Positions 44,771 to 59,582 of a stretch of DNA of 64,000 bases are shown in pieces. Below the pieces are notes generated by a model. It was not told the origin of the DNA and did no database searches. It saw only the letters and a program-made list of their open reading frames with translations. The DNA is from the human T2T-CHM13v2.0 reference genome, Homo sapiens. The position numbers and the translations under genes were made by a program. The stretch is from assembly GCF_009914755.1 (NCBI RefSeq), contig NC_060926.1. One strand, written 5' to 3'. Position 1 is the stretch's first letter; each line of letters starts with the position of its first letter.

Positions 44771-44904
44771 ACTTTTGTCAAGTCAGTTGACATAAAATTA
44801 CTCATAATATCCTCTCTTTATTTTTTGACTCCTGTAGGCTGTGTAATGACTTCTTCCTTTCCATTTATGATATTGTGTTTTGTGTCATTTTTCTTTCCCT
44901 CTTC

Positions 44905-45148
44905 TTTTTTTTTGAGACAGATTCTTGTTCTGTCACCCAGGCTGGAGTGCAGTGGTGCAATGTTGGCTCACTGCAACCTCCGACTCCCCAGTTCATGCCA
45001 TTCTCCTGCCTCAGCCTCCCGAGTAGCTGGGACTCCACCACGCCCAGCTAACTTTTTTGTATTTTTAATGGAAATGGGGTTTCACCATGTTAGCCAGGAT
45101 GGTTTTGATCTCCTGACCTCGTGGTCCGCCCGCCTTGGCCTCCCAAAT
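44905..45148 (-). mobile_element. Alu (Sc/Y-like) lacking its first ~30 nt
   Basis: Reverse Alu stops at ccttggcctcccaaa with no gtgctgggattacagg...ggcc. Confidence 0.88.
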
Positions 45149-45478
45149 CTTTCCCTCTTCTTTATACACCCTTCATCAAGTAGTCACAGGTTTCAATTCA
45201 GTTCTTTCTTGGTGGTAGTATGGCTCATGAAAAAAGCTGATTCTTCTGTGTTTGAGGCCATTCACCATGTTTATATGTAATACTGTAAAAAGTCCTGTGA
45301 CATAAGCCTCTGCTTCACAAACTGACCGCTGTCAAACATCATCTCCCCACCAATAGATAATTTTTTTGTTCCTCACCAGTATAATTCACATAGGAGTAGA
45401 AATCTCAAGTTTAAAGTGTGGATTTGCACTTTACCACTTGGTGTATTCAAGAAGATGAATAATATTAATACATCAGTA

Positions 45479-45797
<319 letters not shown>

Positions 45798-47395
45798 TTA
45801 AACATCTATTTGACAAGAAATTCACAGTTCTTTCTCTCTTAAATAACGTAATAATTCTTTCAGTAATGAGCCTGGTTTGATGCCTCTCTCCCCAACATGA
45901 TAAAAGTATCACATAAATCTATGAAAAATTCAATTTCCCTGTTCCTACAACTGTCTGGGATGGAAAACTTCTTCCCTTGCTCTAGTCCTTTCTTCTACAC
46001 CTAGTTTCACCTAATCTGTGACTCAAAACAATACTTGTCAGGAAACATTCTGGAAAGAGCAAAAGGCTTCTAAGAGGTGTCAGAGATTCCTGGACCAACA
46101 TCTGTCCATCTCTAGAGGGGGTTGTGAGTATGAGGAAGAGCAGAGCTTGTAAATCTTCTCCTTGCTTTCACTCCCACTGTATTTCCTAACAACAACAACC
46201 ACAACCACATAATATCATAGAACAAGCATCTACTACTTCCAAGGCTTTGGTCTCAGTAAATCTTCTCTACCTCTATCACAGCATCTAGAAGGTTTGATAC
46301 TCATACAAATAGTGCTGTAGCTTTCTTTTCATAACTGGAAAAGTGGGCAAGACTCAGTGTAATGCAGGCATTCCTTAAGCTACTTAGCATTCAGTTTTTA
46401 GATTATCATTGCACACATATACCCAGCATATGTCTAATATACATGTAAAAATCCATGAAGCAAGTGTTATATTAGCTTGTGTTTTCTATTGTATTAAATT
46501 TTTCTCTTATATCGTCTTCTCCTTTTTGTCATTAAAAATCTGTTCAAGTCAGTCAATTAATTATTGGATCATAAGTAGATAAAGTCTTTTATTTCATAAC
46601 ACATTGACTCAATGAATATGTTTCTTTGCAAGACACAGTCCTCATTTCCAAGAAAACAAGCCTGAAAAGATTATACTGGAGCAAGTCTACAAGTAATGAT
46701 GGTAGTTTTTCCTTATTGTCAGTCCTGGGGCAAGAATAACATAAAAGATAACAAGGTAGAATAAAGATTACATAAGAAAGAAGGACAGCAACAGGACATG
46801 GGAACTATTTATAGGGTAACATTTAAATAATGGATGATGAGAAGCAATGCGTTAGACAGGGATGGATGGGAATGATTGAAGGTCTGAGTACTTTAGCACA
46901 GATTAAGATCAAATCATTAGGATTTTAAGAGTTGTGTACAGTTACTGAAGAAAATGCCTTAGAATTTAATTTGACTGTGGATAAAACATTCTTGGATTAG
47001 ATTTAAGACTATTTTCCATGGTAAGTATATTTATAATGATGATGACTGTAGTGCTGAACATTTAAACAATGAAAACAAAATTAATTGCCACACACATAAT
47101 GTCCTGAATACTACTGTAAATGTTTTATCTTATTTTCTTTAAACTGTCTACAGCACTGTAAGGCAGGTACCACTATTGTCACAGTTACACAGATATGGAA
47201 ACCGAGACACAGGGAAGTTAAGTTACTTGATTAATTTCAAGCAATCGGGAAGCCATGGAGCATCTATGTCAGGGCTGCCAGGACATGTGACTGTAAACAG
47301 AAGTTTTTAACTCAAAGAGGGTATGTGTCTGGGTTAATGGAAAGCTTCAGGACCCTCAGAAAACATTACTAATAAGCAAATGAAAGGTGTATCTG

Positions 47396-47822
<427 letters not shown>

Positions 47823-48009
47823 TTAACAGACTTGTGCCAAACATTATACGGGTGTATTTAGGTGATTGAAGAGAAGAAAGGCACAGGAGTGAAATTCTGT
47901 GAGCACAAGGGAGGAGTTCTACACTCAGACTGAGCCAACAGACTTTTCTGACCTGACAACCAAGGCGGCGCAGGATGCTCAGTGCAGAGAGGAAGAAGCA
48001 GGTGGTATC

Positions 48010-48090
48010 TGCAGCTGGAAGCCCAGCTCCCACCCCAGCTGCTTTGCATGTCCCTCCCAGCTGCCCTACCTTCCAGGGCCCATATCAATG
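48010..48090 (+). promoter_or_regulatory. V-kappa promoter: E-box/pentadecamer, octamer variant, TATA-like box
   Basis: CAGCTG at 48012-48017, octamer variant CTTTGCAT at 48042-48049 (~100 bp before the ATG), catatcaa at 48081-48088. Confidence 0.75.
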
Positions 48091-48142
48091 CCTGGGTCAG
48101 AGCCCTGGGGAGGAACTGCTCAGTTAGGACCCAGACGGAACC

Positions 48143-48667
48143 ATGGAAGCCCCAGCACAGCTTCTCTTCCTCCTGCTACTCTGGCTCCCAGGTGAGGGGA
48201 ATATGAGGTGGTTTTGCACATCAGTGAAAACTCCATCAGGAGTTTTCTCTGATCAGCAAGAAATATAATTAAAATTCAAAGTAGATCAACAATTTTGGCT
48301 CTACTCAAAGACAGCTGGTTTGATCTAGATTACATGAGTGCATTTCTGTTTTATTTCCAATCTCAGATACCACCGGAGAAATTGTAATGACACAGTCTCC
48401 AGCCACCCTGTCTTTGTCTCCAGGGGAAAGAGCCACCCTCTCCTGCAGGGCCAGTCAGAGTGTTAGCAGCAGCTACTTATCCTGGTACCAGCAGAAACCT
48501 GGGCAGGCTCCCAGGCTCCTCATCTATGGTGCATCCACCAGGGCCACTGGCATCCCAGCCAGGTTCAGTGGCAGTGGGTCTGGGACAGACTTCACTCTCA
48601 CCATCAGCAGCCTGCAGCCTGAAGATTTTGCAGTTTATTACTGTCAGCAGGATTATAACTTACCTCC
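48143..48667 (+). CDS. IGKV3OR2-268: Immunoglobulin kappa variable segment, IGKV3 family, isolated orphon: leader exon 48143-48191, intron 48192-48366, exon 2 48367-48667
   Basis: Leader [18 protein letters not shown]...AG intron of 175 nt, then DTTG|[96 protein letters not shown], with both Cys and the conserved Trp intact. As recalled, this protein matches both IGKV3D-7 and IGKV3/OR2-268; no other V segment was recognised in 48 kb upstream, which favours the orphon. Confidence 0.92.
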
Positions 48668-48695
48668 CACAGTGATTCAACATGAAACAAAAACC
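48668..48695 (+). other. 12-bp-spacer recombination signal sequence (12-RSS)
   Basis: CACAGTG (48668-48674) + attcaacatgaa (12 nt) + ACAAAAACC (48687-48695); perfect heptamer and nonamer consensus. Confidence 0.97.
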
Positions 48696-49379
48696 TCAAC
48701 AAGACCATCAGTGTTTACTAGATTTTACCAGCTGCTTCCTTTACAGACAGCTAATGTGGCCACTCAGTTTTAGCGTCTCTGCTCTATTTGGACATTTTGC
48801 AGTTCTAAAAAAAAATCATTGAATAATTTGGACTTTGATTCTTGGACTCTCTTCAACTGAGGCACCAGAATCCCAGGTTTCCAGAAATAGTGACTCACTG
48901 TATGAATCCTTATATAGCCTCAGTGGTTCTTAACTTTCCCAGTAGAGGTAGCTCAGTGCATGCTACACTGCTCCATTTGAATTTTGCAACATTCTAAGTA
49001 GTAGAAAATTCTATTTATTTATCCAAATAGTTGACTCAGTAAAAGCTGTTCATGTGAAGATACTACCATGGCTGAATAAATCCCATTCTTTTTCTTTCTT
49101 CAGGCTATCAACATTTCAGTGGCAAATGGTTATTATGGAAACATTTGCCATTTAAAAGTGAACTAAATTATTTCTTCAATTTTCTCTGTGATGCAGTAGA
49201 CTGTAAAAAGATTAAAGTTTGTTAAAATAAAGTACATATTCGATAAGGAAGAAATAGATTATTCCTAATGACGTCTGCAATGACCTAGTAGAAGGAGTGA
49301 TAGAAGCAGTTGTTTTCATTATTTTTGTCCAAAACTTCCTTCCAAATGGGATTTCATTGATCATATTCATTTATTACCA

Positions 49380-49867
49380 CCTATAAGACATGTTGACATT
49401 ATGTAACATCTGATGTGAAGCGCTGAGGATACATCTGTCTGTATTATTCTTGCCAAAAATTAATGGTGTGAATTGAATCAGTAGTAAACATCATATACAA
49501 ACCCAACTAGGAGGACATTCTTCAACATACCTGGACAGTAAACTTCAAATGTTTGAAGGCCATGAAAGAGAAACAAAAGTGAAAAACTATCACAGATTTA
49601 AAGATATTAAGGACAGGATAACCAAATAAAATACAGAAACCTGAATTTTATCTTGTAACATAAAAAAAGTCATCAACGGGAAAAATCAGTGAAATCCATA
49701 TGGTATTTTAAATGAGTTAACAAATAACATTATATCTATGTTCATTTCATGGTTGTGATACTTATGCTGTGGTTATTTATGATGCTGACATTAGAGCAAG
49801 CTGAAAGAGGCACATATGGGAATCATTTTTACTATATTTTTCAAATTTTAGGTCTAAAAGTATTTCA
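49380..49867 (+). mobile_element. Old L1MC/L1ME 3' fragment
   Basis: caaacccaactaggaggacattcttcaaca...aaatcagtgaaatcc...ggtctaaaagtatttca. Confidence 0.55.
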
Positions 49868-50473
49868 CCTCTCTCCTGCATCCTGGGATTGCCTCCAATT
49901 AACTACCTGCTTACAAGACTTTTCTTTATTTTCTTTTTGCCTTTTATTCTTTACATGTAAAAGATGAGTCCATCTGGAGCTTATTTTAAAGCACAGTATG
50001 AGGACTGACATTGACCTGTTTTTTTAAATGAAATAACTAGCTGTCCCAACCCTGCTTGTTGGATAACACTGCTCTGTTTCAGGAGTACCCCCACTGTCAT
50101 ACACCCGTGGGTCCATACCCCTGGGCTCTCCATCTGGGCACTCCCCTGCCTGTGGCACCTCCTTCCTGAGGGCCGGCCTCACCCAGGGCCCAGCTGCCCT
50201 CTCCATGGCCTGTGTCTTCCTTTCCTGATGCCTCAGATTTCCCCCATTCTCTGGCACTCTTTCCATCCTCCTGGCCTCACTCTGCACCTCCCCTGAGGTG
50301 CAGGACTGCCCTGCCCCAGCCCCCAGCTTCCTCACTCCCAAAGCCTTGTGCCACTGAAGCACGAGCTCCAGAGTGCACCTGGATGGCAGCTTCTCTCCTG
50401 GCCAACAAACGCCTGGTGCTGGCTGCCCTCCCAGCATCTCCCCTCAACTCCTCAGCTCCACCCCAGGGCCTTA

Positions 50474-50642
50474 ACACACACATGCATAGCACACACACAT
50501 ACAAACATATGCACACACAGACATGCACACAAATGTACATACGGACTTACACAGACACATACAAATGTGCACACACTCGTGCATACACAGATGTGTTCAT
50601 GCAAACACACACGTGCACGCTCACAGGCACGTACACATGTGT
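50474..50642. repeat. Degenerate (CA)n-rich tract
   Basis: acacacacatgcatagcacacacacatacaaacatatgcacacacag... Confidence 0.85.
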
Positions 50643-50740
50643 AGGTTATGCTAAGAAATCCATTTTGTGTGGAAGACACTCAGGCTCAAATATGTGTCCA
50701 AAGTCACACAGCTATGGAGCGGCAGAACTCAGGTCTCTAG

Positions 50741-51081
50741 TGCACACAGCCCCGACTTACCGCAGTTCCACTTAACAGTTTTCAACTTTATAGTGATGCA
50801 AAAGCCATCCACAGTCAGCAGAAACCCTCGTGTGAGTCCCACACGGCCAGTTTTTCGCTTTCAGTACAGCAGTCAATGATTACATGAGGTATCCGACACT
50901 TGACTACAAAACAGGCTTCGTGTTGATGCTTCTGCCCACCGCAGGCTCAGGGCAGTGTTCTCAGCAGGCCAAGGTGGGCCCCCCCACGCTGTGCTATTCG
51001 GTAGTCAGGTGGACTCAGTCATTTTCCACTCGCAGCGGCCTTATCGGGCCGCAGCCAGGGGTAAGTTGAGCAGTGTCTGTA
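50741..51081 (-). mobile_element. MER47A/Tigger-type DNA transposon remnant
   Basis: Inverted ends ccccgacttac ... gtaagttgagcagtgtctgta; internal tttcagtacag...attacatgag...aaaacaggcttcgtgtt collinear with the recalled MER47A consensus. Confidence 0.65.
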
Positions 51082-51199
51082 CTTTTAGCTCCACCCTGGG
51101 TATTTTTAAGTGGCAGATTTACAACAAAAAATAAAAATAAAAATGAAAAAATACAGCGTTCCAAATAGTAGGGGCATAAAAGGAGAGAATGCACGTTGC

Positions 51200-52450
51200 G
51201 GTCAGCCCATGCCTGGGAGCATAAGCACTTCAGAGGCATCACCAGGCGTGACTGGCTGTTGTTCCTGCTCTTCCTGGCAGCAGCGGCCTGGGCCTGAGAG
51301 GGATCGCCCTGGCCACAGCTGTAGGCAAGGCTGCTGGGAGCCAGGAGCCGCCGCGCTCCGCGGTAGCGAGTCTGCGGCGCCACCTCGTGGGTGCTGCGTG
51401 GAACTCCCCGTGGTGCGGGCCGGGAAGGCCGGGTCCCCACAAAGCCGGAGCCCGAGCACAGCGGTGCGAGCTCGCCCCAGGACATCCCACAGCACCCGGA
51501 GACGGGGGCTGGTCCCCCAAAACCCTCAGGGGTGAGAGGAAGGAGGTCCCCAGCCTGCTGAGAGCTGTCCTCTGAGCACGCACTCGCGCACACTCACACG
51601 TGCATGTGTGCATCCTCAGGCACCCTGACGCGTTCACATGCACGTACACGCGTGTGCACACGCACAGTCTTTCACAAGAGTATGACGCATTCACACAAGA
51701 GTGTGACGCGTTCACACGCACGCACACTCCCTCTCCCTCGAGCCTGGAAGGTGCACTGGGCTCATAGGGGTGGAAACCTCTACCGCGGCAGAGGCACAGC
51801 ACCAGGGCCAGGATGCTCGCTTTTATTTCAGACGTGAAAACCGAGGCCCGAAAGAGACAGCCAGTGTCCAACCCTGTCCAACGTCTCTGCTGATTGCGCC
51901 TCCTGTGTGTGGCCGGGGCCGGTGTGAGGGCAGCGGGCCCACCGCATGCCTGGCCCGCCCCAGGGCCTCGAGCCACTTCCTCAGGAGCTGCTGGCAGCTG
52001 CAGCGACGGCGCACCCAGAGCCCGAGGGTCCCATGGAGCCAGGCTTCCCAGCACACAGGCACGGTGGAGCCTCGGGGTGGGCATACACCCCGCGAGCTCG
52101 CGGGGGCTGGGCACTGCGGGTCCTCGGGTGGGGACTCTGGAGTTCAGTCTTGAAGGACACAGTCACTGAGGGTCAGGGAACCAGGAGGGTAGGGAGGGTA
52201 GGGAGGGGTGCCTAGGCCTAGTGGGAGAAGCATGTGAAAGTTCCCTAAGAGGGCTGGGGGTGAACAAGCTCTCGGCCCGGCCTCTCCGGGTAGACTGCTC
52301 TGGTGCCCTGGAGCCTCCCTTCTCCAAGGCCCCATGGACGCCCCCAGAGGGGTGACGCCCTCGCCCACGCTGAGCTCTGAGTGCTGCACGAGAACTCCCA
52401 GAGCCGTGTGCACACGCACTCCCCTTGTTATAACCGGCATTAAGTGCACT
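51200..52450. promoter_or_regulatory. CpG-island-like GC-rich region with internal (CACG)-rich degenerate repeat at 51575-51730
   Basis: Visibly high GC content and CpG density relative to the flanks. Confidence 0.65.
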
Positions 52451-53010
52451 CACATTGTCGCATATCCCCTACCACCGTCCATCTCCAGAACTTCTTCATC
52501 TTCCCAAAAGGAAACCATACCCACTGAACACCAACTCCCTCCTTTTGTTAACCATTGCTCTTTCTGTATTTGAATTTGCCCATTCTGGGCCCCTCATGTA
52601 AGTGAAATCGCAATGTATTTGTCCTTTTGTGGCTGGCTTATTCCATCTAGCACAATGTCCTCAAGGTTCATGCGTGTTGGCACACCTCTCAGAATTTCCC
52701 TCCTGGCTGGGTGATATTATAGGCTCACGCCTATTATCCTAGCTGTTAGGGAGACAGAGGTAGGAAGATAGCTTGAACCCAGGAGTTCGAGACCTGCCTG
52801 GGCAATATAGCGAGACCGCATTTTCCACAAAAAGAAAGAAAAAAAAGAATCTCCTTCCTGGTAAAGGTTCAGTAACAGTCTACTGTATGCATAACCACAT
52901 TTCGCTTGCCCATCCACTCACCCATAGACCCTCAGAATGCTTCTACCTTTTGACTCTTGTGAATCACGCTGCTTTGAACATGGGTGTGCAAATATCTGTG
53001 AGAGAGCCTG
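52430..53010 (-). mobile_element. L1MB 3' fragment with inserted FLAM/Alu monomer (+, ~52706-52848)
   Basis: ccatctccagaacttcttcatcttccc...tttgtccttttgtggctggcttatt...tgaacatgggtgtgcaaatatctg. Confidence 0.75.
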
Positions 53011-53884
53011 CTCTCAAAAAAATCCATATTCTTGGCACCATGAAGAATCACCTCTCACAGACACCAGCGAAAAGCAAGTCTGTCTGAGAGCAGAGGGTGA
53101 GGAGGGGAAAGCCGGGCTGCGGATCACAGTGGGCGGAGGAAAGCCCACCCTTGTGCTCCCATGTGTGGGAGGAGAGAGGAGAGATGCCCTCTAGTGAAGG
53201 AACTCTTGTAGCAGCCAGCTCCATTCCTGCTTGGCCTGTGGAGGGCCAGCTCAGGAACCCAGACCAGGAAGAAGTCAAATGACCGACAAGATCCATCAGG
53301 AAGCAGAAGTGTGCTGTGTCTCATCGGCAACAACAAACAGAGCTAGGACCAGCCACCCACCCCCCAACCCAGGGGAAATGCATCCACCACACAACTACCA
53401 CCGCTGCGCTCATGACACTCTCAGAGACAGGCACGGGAGCTCCTGGCAAGGCACAACCAGGGCAAGTGACAGTTTGCCAGTCCTGGGCAAGCAGACACTT
53501 ATCCTCTCTCCAGTCCCCAATCCCACCAGCCTGCACAAGCAGAGAAACATCCTGCATAAATTAAAAGATCATCCGGATCATCAAAAGATCTGAGCAAACA
53601 AAACGACTGAGACAAAAAACAAACAAAACAAAACAAACAAAAAACAGAACAACAACAACAGAAGAACACTCATTTTTACAGAGAGATTTGAGCCCATCCC
53701 AACAGAGTACAATGCTCTTTCCAAGCTCATGGATGGCGTTTGGGAAAATTTAGCTGTGCTAAAGGAGCAGGAAGCCTCAGCCCCTTTCCCAAGAATTGCT
53801 GTTACACAAATCACATTCTCTCACCAGGGTGCAACAAAATTAGAAACATGCAATAACAAAGACCATGTTAAAAGTGCATTTTGG

Positions 53885-56795
<2,911 letters not shown>

Positions 56796-56797
56796 GC

Positions 56798-57322
56798 TGG
56801 AGAGGGTCTTCGCTGAATTTTAAGATCTAAAATTTCCTATGCTGCCTTGACATCTTTGAGCCTCACAGGGCCCCAAAGGCCTAGCCGTGGGTTTTCCTGT
56901 TTCTACCAGACACCCCCTACCCCGCCACCCAACAGGAAAGGCTCCCCACCTGGCTAGTTCTTTTATCAGCCAGAACAGTTGCACCTCAGCCTAAGAAGTT
57001 TCGCTTCACCTGTCTGCCAGCCCATGAATTTATTCAAACAAGCCAATTGCATTCCCCCTCGGGAACCATTGGTCATCGTGTGCTCTTGTTACTACCAAGC
57101 CCGCCTGCTTCCTCAGCCCGCAGCCCTCACTCCACTACAGAGTGCGGTGCCCATCTGACCCTGTGTGGCATGCAGTGTCCTCCTCCGAGCTGTGGGTATA
57201 TGCGACTAAAACACTGCTGTCAATCTCATCCATCCACGCCAGGTGTCATGTTCGGCCATCTCCTACACTTTAGGGCAGGGACCCCTCCTTCACCAATGGG
57301 GTGAAAAGGAAGTGACCATAAC
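56798..57322 (+). mobile_element. Probable ERV1 solo LTR inserted in L1
   Basis: tg...ca-bounded ~520-bp block with LTR-like motifs (gctgccttgacatc, ttattcaaacaagccaat) interrupting L1 sequence; family not determined. Confidence 0.5.
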
Positions 57323-57407
57323 AACTGCTTAATGACAAAAGGATTAACCCACCAAGAAGACATCTACTTCAACATCCTCCTCTTAGCAACTGTTAAAACT
57401 AGGCAGA

Positions 57408-57675
57408 GGCCGGGCACAGTGGCTCATGCCTGTAATCCCAGAACTCTGGGAGGCAAAAACAAAGGATAGCTTGAGGCCAGGAGTTCGAGCCTGGGCAACA
57501 TAGCAAGGCCTCATCTCTCCAAAAAATTTTAAATTTAGCCAGGTGTGGCGGCACACACCTATAGTACCAGCTACTCAGGAGATTAAGCCAGGGGGAGTAC
57601 TTGACCCTAGGAAGTCAAGGCTGCAGTGAGTCATGTTCGTGCCACCGCACTCTAGTGTAAGTGACAGAGTGAAAC
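57408..57675 (+). mobile_element. AluJ
   Basis: Diverged Alu: ggccgggcacagtggctcatgcc...gtcaaggctgcagtgag. Confidence 0.85.
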
Positions 57676-57849
57676 TAGGCAGAAAAGGAGCAAGGATTTA
57701 CAAAAGATCTGAACAGTCAACCAGCAAAATCTGACATCCGTATAACACCCCACTCCCCAACAGCAAAACACACACATTTTTAAAGCCAATAGAAATCTAC
57801 CAAGATGAGGTACACTTGGGGCAATAAAAGAACTCACAGCAAATCTCGC

Positions 57850-59030
57850 TGTGTGCCCCTCTGCGCCGGCGCCGTGCCCCTCTCTGCGCCTTCTTTTCTC
57901 ACCATGGGGAAGCGTTTGGGGGCCTCTTGAGGGACCCCCTAGATGCTTCTACTCAGAGCCCCCAAAGCCGGGGAGCCTCCACTCCTCTGTCTGCAGCCTC
58001 CCCTGTCGGTTCTCGCTACCCAGGGTTCAGTGGCCTGGGGGTGACGGAGGGGGTCGCCTCTGCCAAGGCCCCTCCCGGCGCCTCCCTGGCTCATCTAGCC
58101 CACCTTCCTCCCACGCTGGCTCACGCAAAGTGCTCTGGTCACCAGGAGCCCTTCCTGACCAGCCCCAGCCCCTTCTTGGCCTTCGCCCACCTGGCCTCCC
58201 CTGGAGCCCTGACCTGGGTGCCGGGCCTGCTGGGTCCAGAGCCCACCCCGCCCTGAACAACCCCGAGTCTCAGCCACCCTCGGTTCTTACCCTTTCACAG
58301 CTGGGGAGTGGAGCCTGGGCCTGCACCTCTCCGCGCCAGAGCCGGCGCCAGCGCCTCTCCGCGCCTGCGCCGCCGCTGCGCGCCTCGCCGCCGCTGTCTG
58401 CCTCTCCGCCGCTGTCCGTCTCTCCGCCGCGCCGCCGCTGTCCGCCTCTCCGCCGCGCCGCCGCTGTCCGCCTCTCCGCCGCTGTCCGTCTCTCCGCCGC
58501 GCCGCCGCTGTCCGCCTCTCCGCCGCTGTCCACCTCTCCGCCGCTGTCCGCCTCTCCGCCGCGCCGCCGCTGTCCGCCTCTCCGCCGCTATCCGTCTCTC
58601 CGCCGCGCCGCCGCTGTCCGCCTCTCCGCCGCTGTCCGTCTCTCCGCCGCGCCGCCGCTGTCCGCCTCTCCGCCGCTGTCCGCCTCTCCGCCGCTGTCCG
58701 TCTCTCCGCCGCGCCGCCGCTGTCCGCCTCTCCGCCGCTATCCGCCTCTCCGCCGCGCCGCCGCTGGCCGCCTCTCCGCCGCCGTCCGCCTCTCCGCCAC
58801 GCCGGCGCCAGCGCTGTGTGCCTTTGCGAGGGCGGAGCTGCGTTCTCCTCAGCACAGACCCGGAGAGCATTGCGAGGGCGGAGCTGAGTTCTCCTCTGCA
58901 CAGACTTCGGAGATACAGCGAAGGCAGAGCAATGTTCTCCTCAGCAGAGACCCGGGCGGGCGGGCCGGTGGCACCGCGAGGGCGGAGCTGCGTTCTGCTC
59001 TGCACAGACCTTGGGGGCACTGCCTCGCTT
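57850..59030. repeat. TAR1 telomere-associated repeat / CpG island, interstitial
   Basis: gcctttgcgagggcggagctgcgttctcctcagcacagacccggagagca...cccgggcgggcgggccgg...accgcgaggg is the reverse complement of the sequence adjoining human terminal (CCCTAA)n tracts; ctctgcgccggcgcc remnants of the 29-bp repeat at 57860 and 58325-58370. Confidence 0.85.
58387..58800. repeat. GC-rich VNTR of 18-bp units (ccgccgctgtccgcctct) interspersed with 8-bp ccgccgcg
   Basis: Directly visible tandem 18- and 26-bp units with single-base variants. Confidence 0.92.
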
Positions 59031-59049
59031 TGGGACAACTCGGGGCCGC

Positions 59050-59580
59050 ATGGACGGTGAATAAAATCCTTCCTGTTTGCAGCCCTGTTTGTGGTTGGTG
59101 GCAGCGATGGACACTGCAGCCAGCCAGAGCGTAGAAAGGCGTCGGGGTAAGTGCGCTATCCAGGCTGCACTGTGGGTGGCCTGGGACGGGTTGGGAGCCC
59201 TATCTCAGGCGTCACTGCCCGTCTTGGGTGGCCGGTTGGGTGTGCTATCTGGGGCTGTGCTGCCTGCACCGGGCGGGGGGTGGGGGGTGGTTTGGGGGCC
59301 AAACCGGGGCTGCACTGCCTTTGGTGGGGAGCCGGTTGGGGGCACTATCCCAGACTGTATTGCTGGCAACAGTGAGGTGGGCTAAGTGTGCTATCCGGGG
59401 CTGCACTGTGCGGCTGTCGGGGGGGTGGCGGTTTCGGGTTGAGGGCGCTATGGGGTGCTGTAATGCCCATGGTGTGGGGAGGCGGGGCAGTTTGGGTATG
59501 TTGGGTGTGCTATTGGGGGGGTGACACTGCTGGTGGTAGGGGGCAGGGTGGGTTGGGGGCCATATCAGGGGCTGCACTGA
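59050..59580. repeat. REP522-like degenerate GC-rich repeat, part 1
   Basis: Motif gctatc(c/a)ggggctgcactg recurs every ~45-60 bp; the REP522 name is from recall. Confidence 0.55.
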
Positions 59581-59582
59581 TG

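Noticed and set aside
48668-48773. C-terminal extension of the 128-aa IGKV ORF
   Set aside because: Read-through into the RSS and 3' flank of an unrearranged V segment; not coding.
51015-52453. 291-aa and 192-aa minus-strand ORFs
   Set aside because: Long ORFs are expected in GC-rich DNA; multiple overlapping frames and no recognisable homology.
58387-59030. Possible CRISPR-like array
   Set aside because: Tandem units without unique spacers, no cas genes, and a primate genomic context.
57851-59134. 427-aa ORF and overlapping 204-250-aa ORFs on both strands
   Set aside because: They are translations of the stop-free GC-rich TAR1/VNTR, are low-complexity and open in several frames, and show no recognisable domain.
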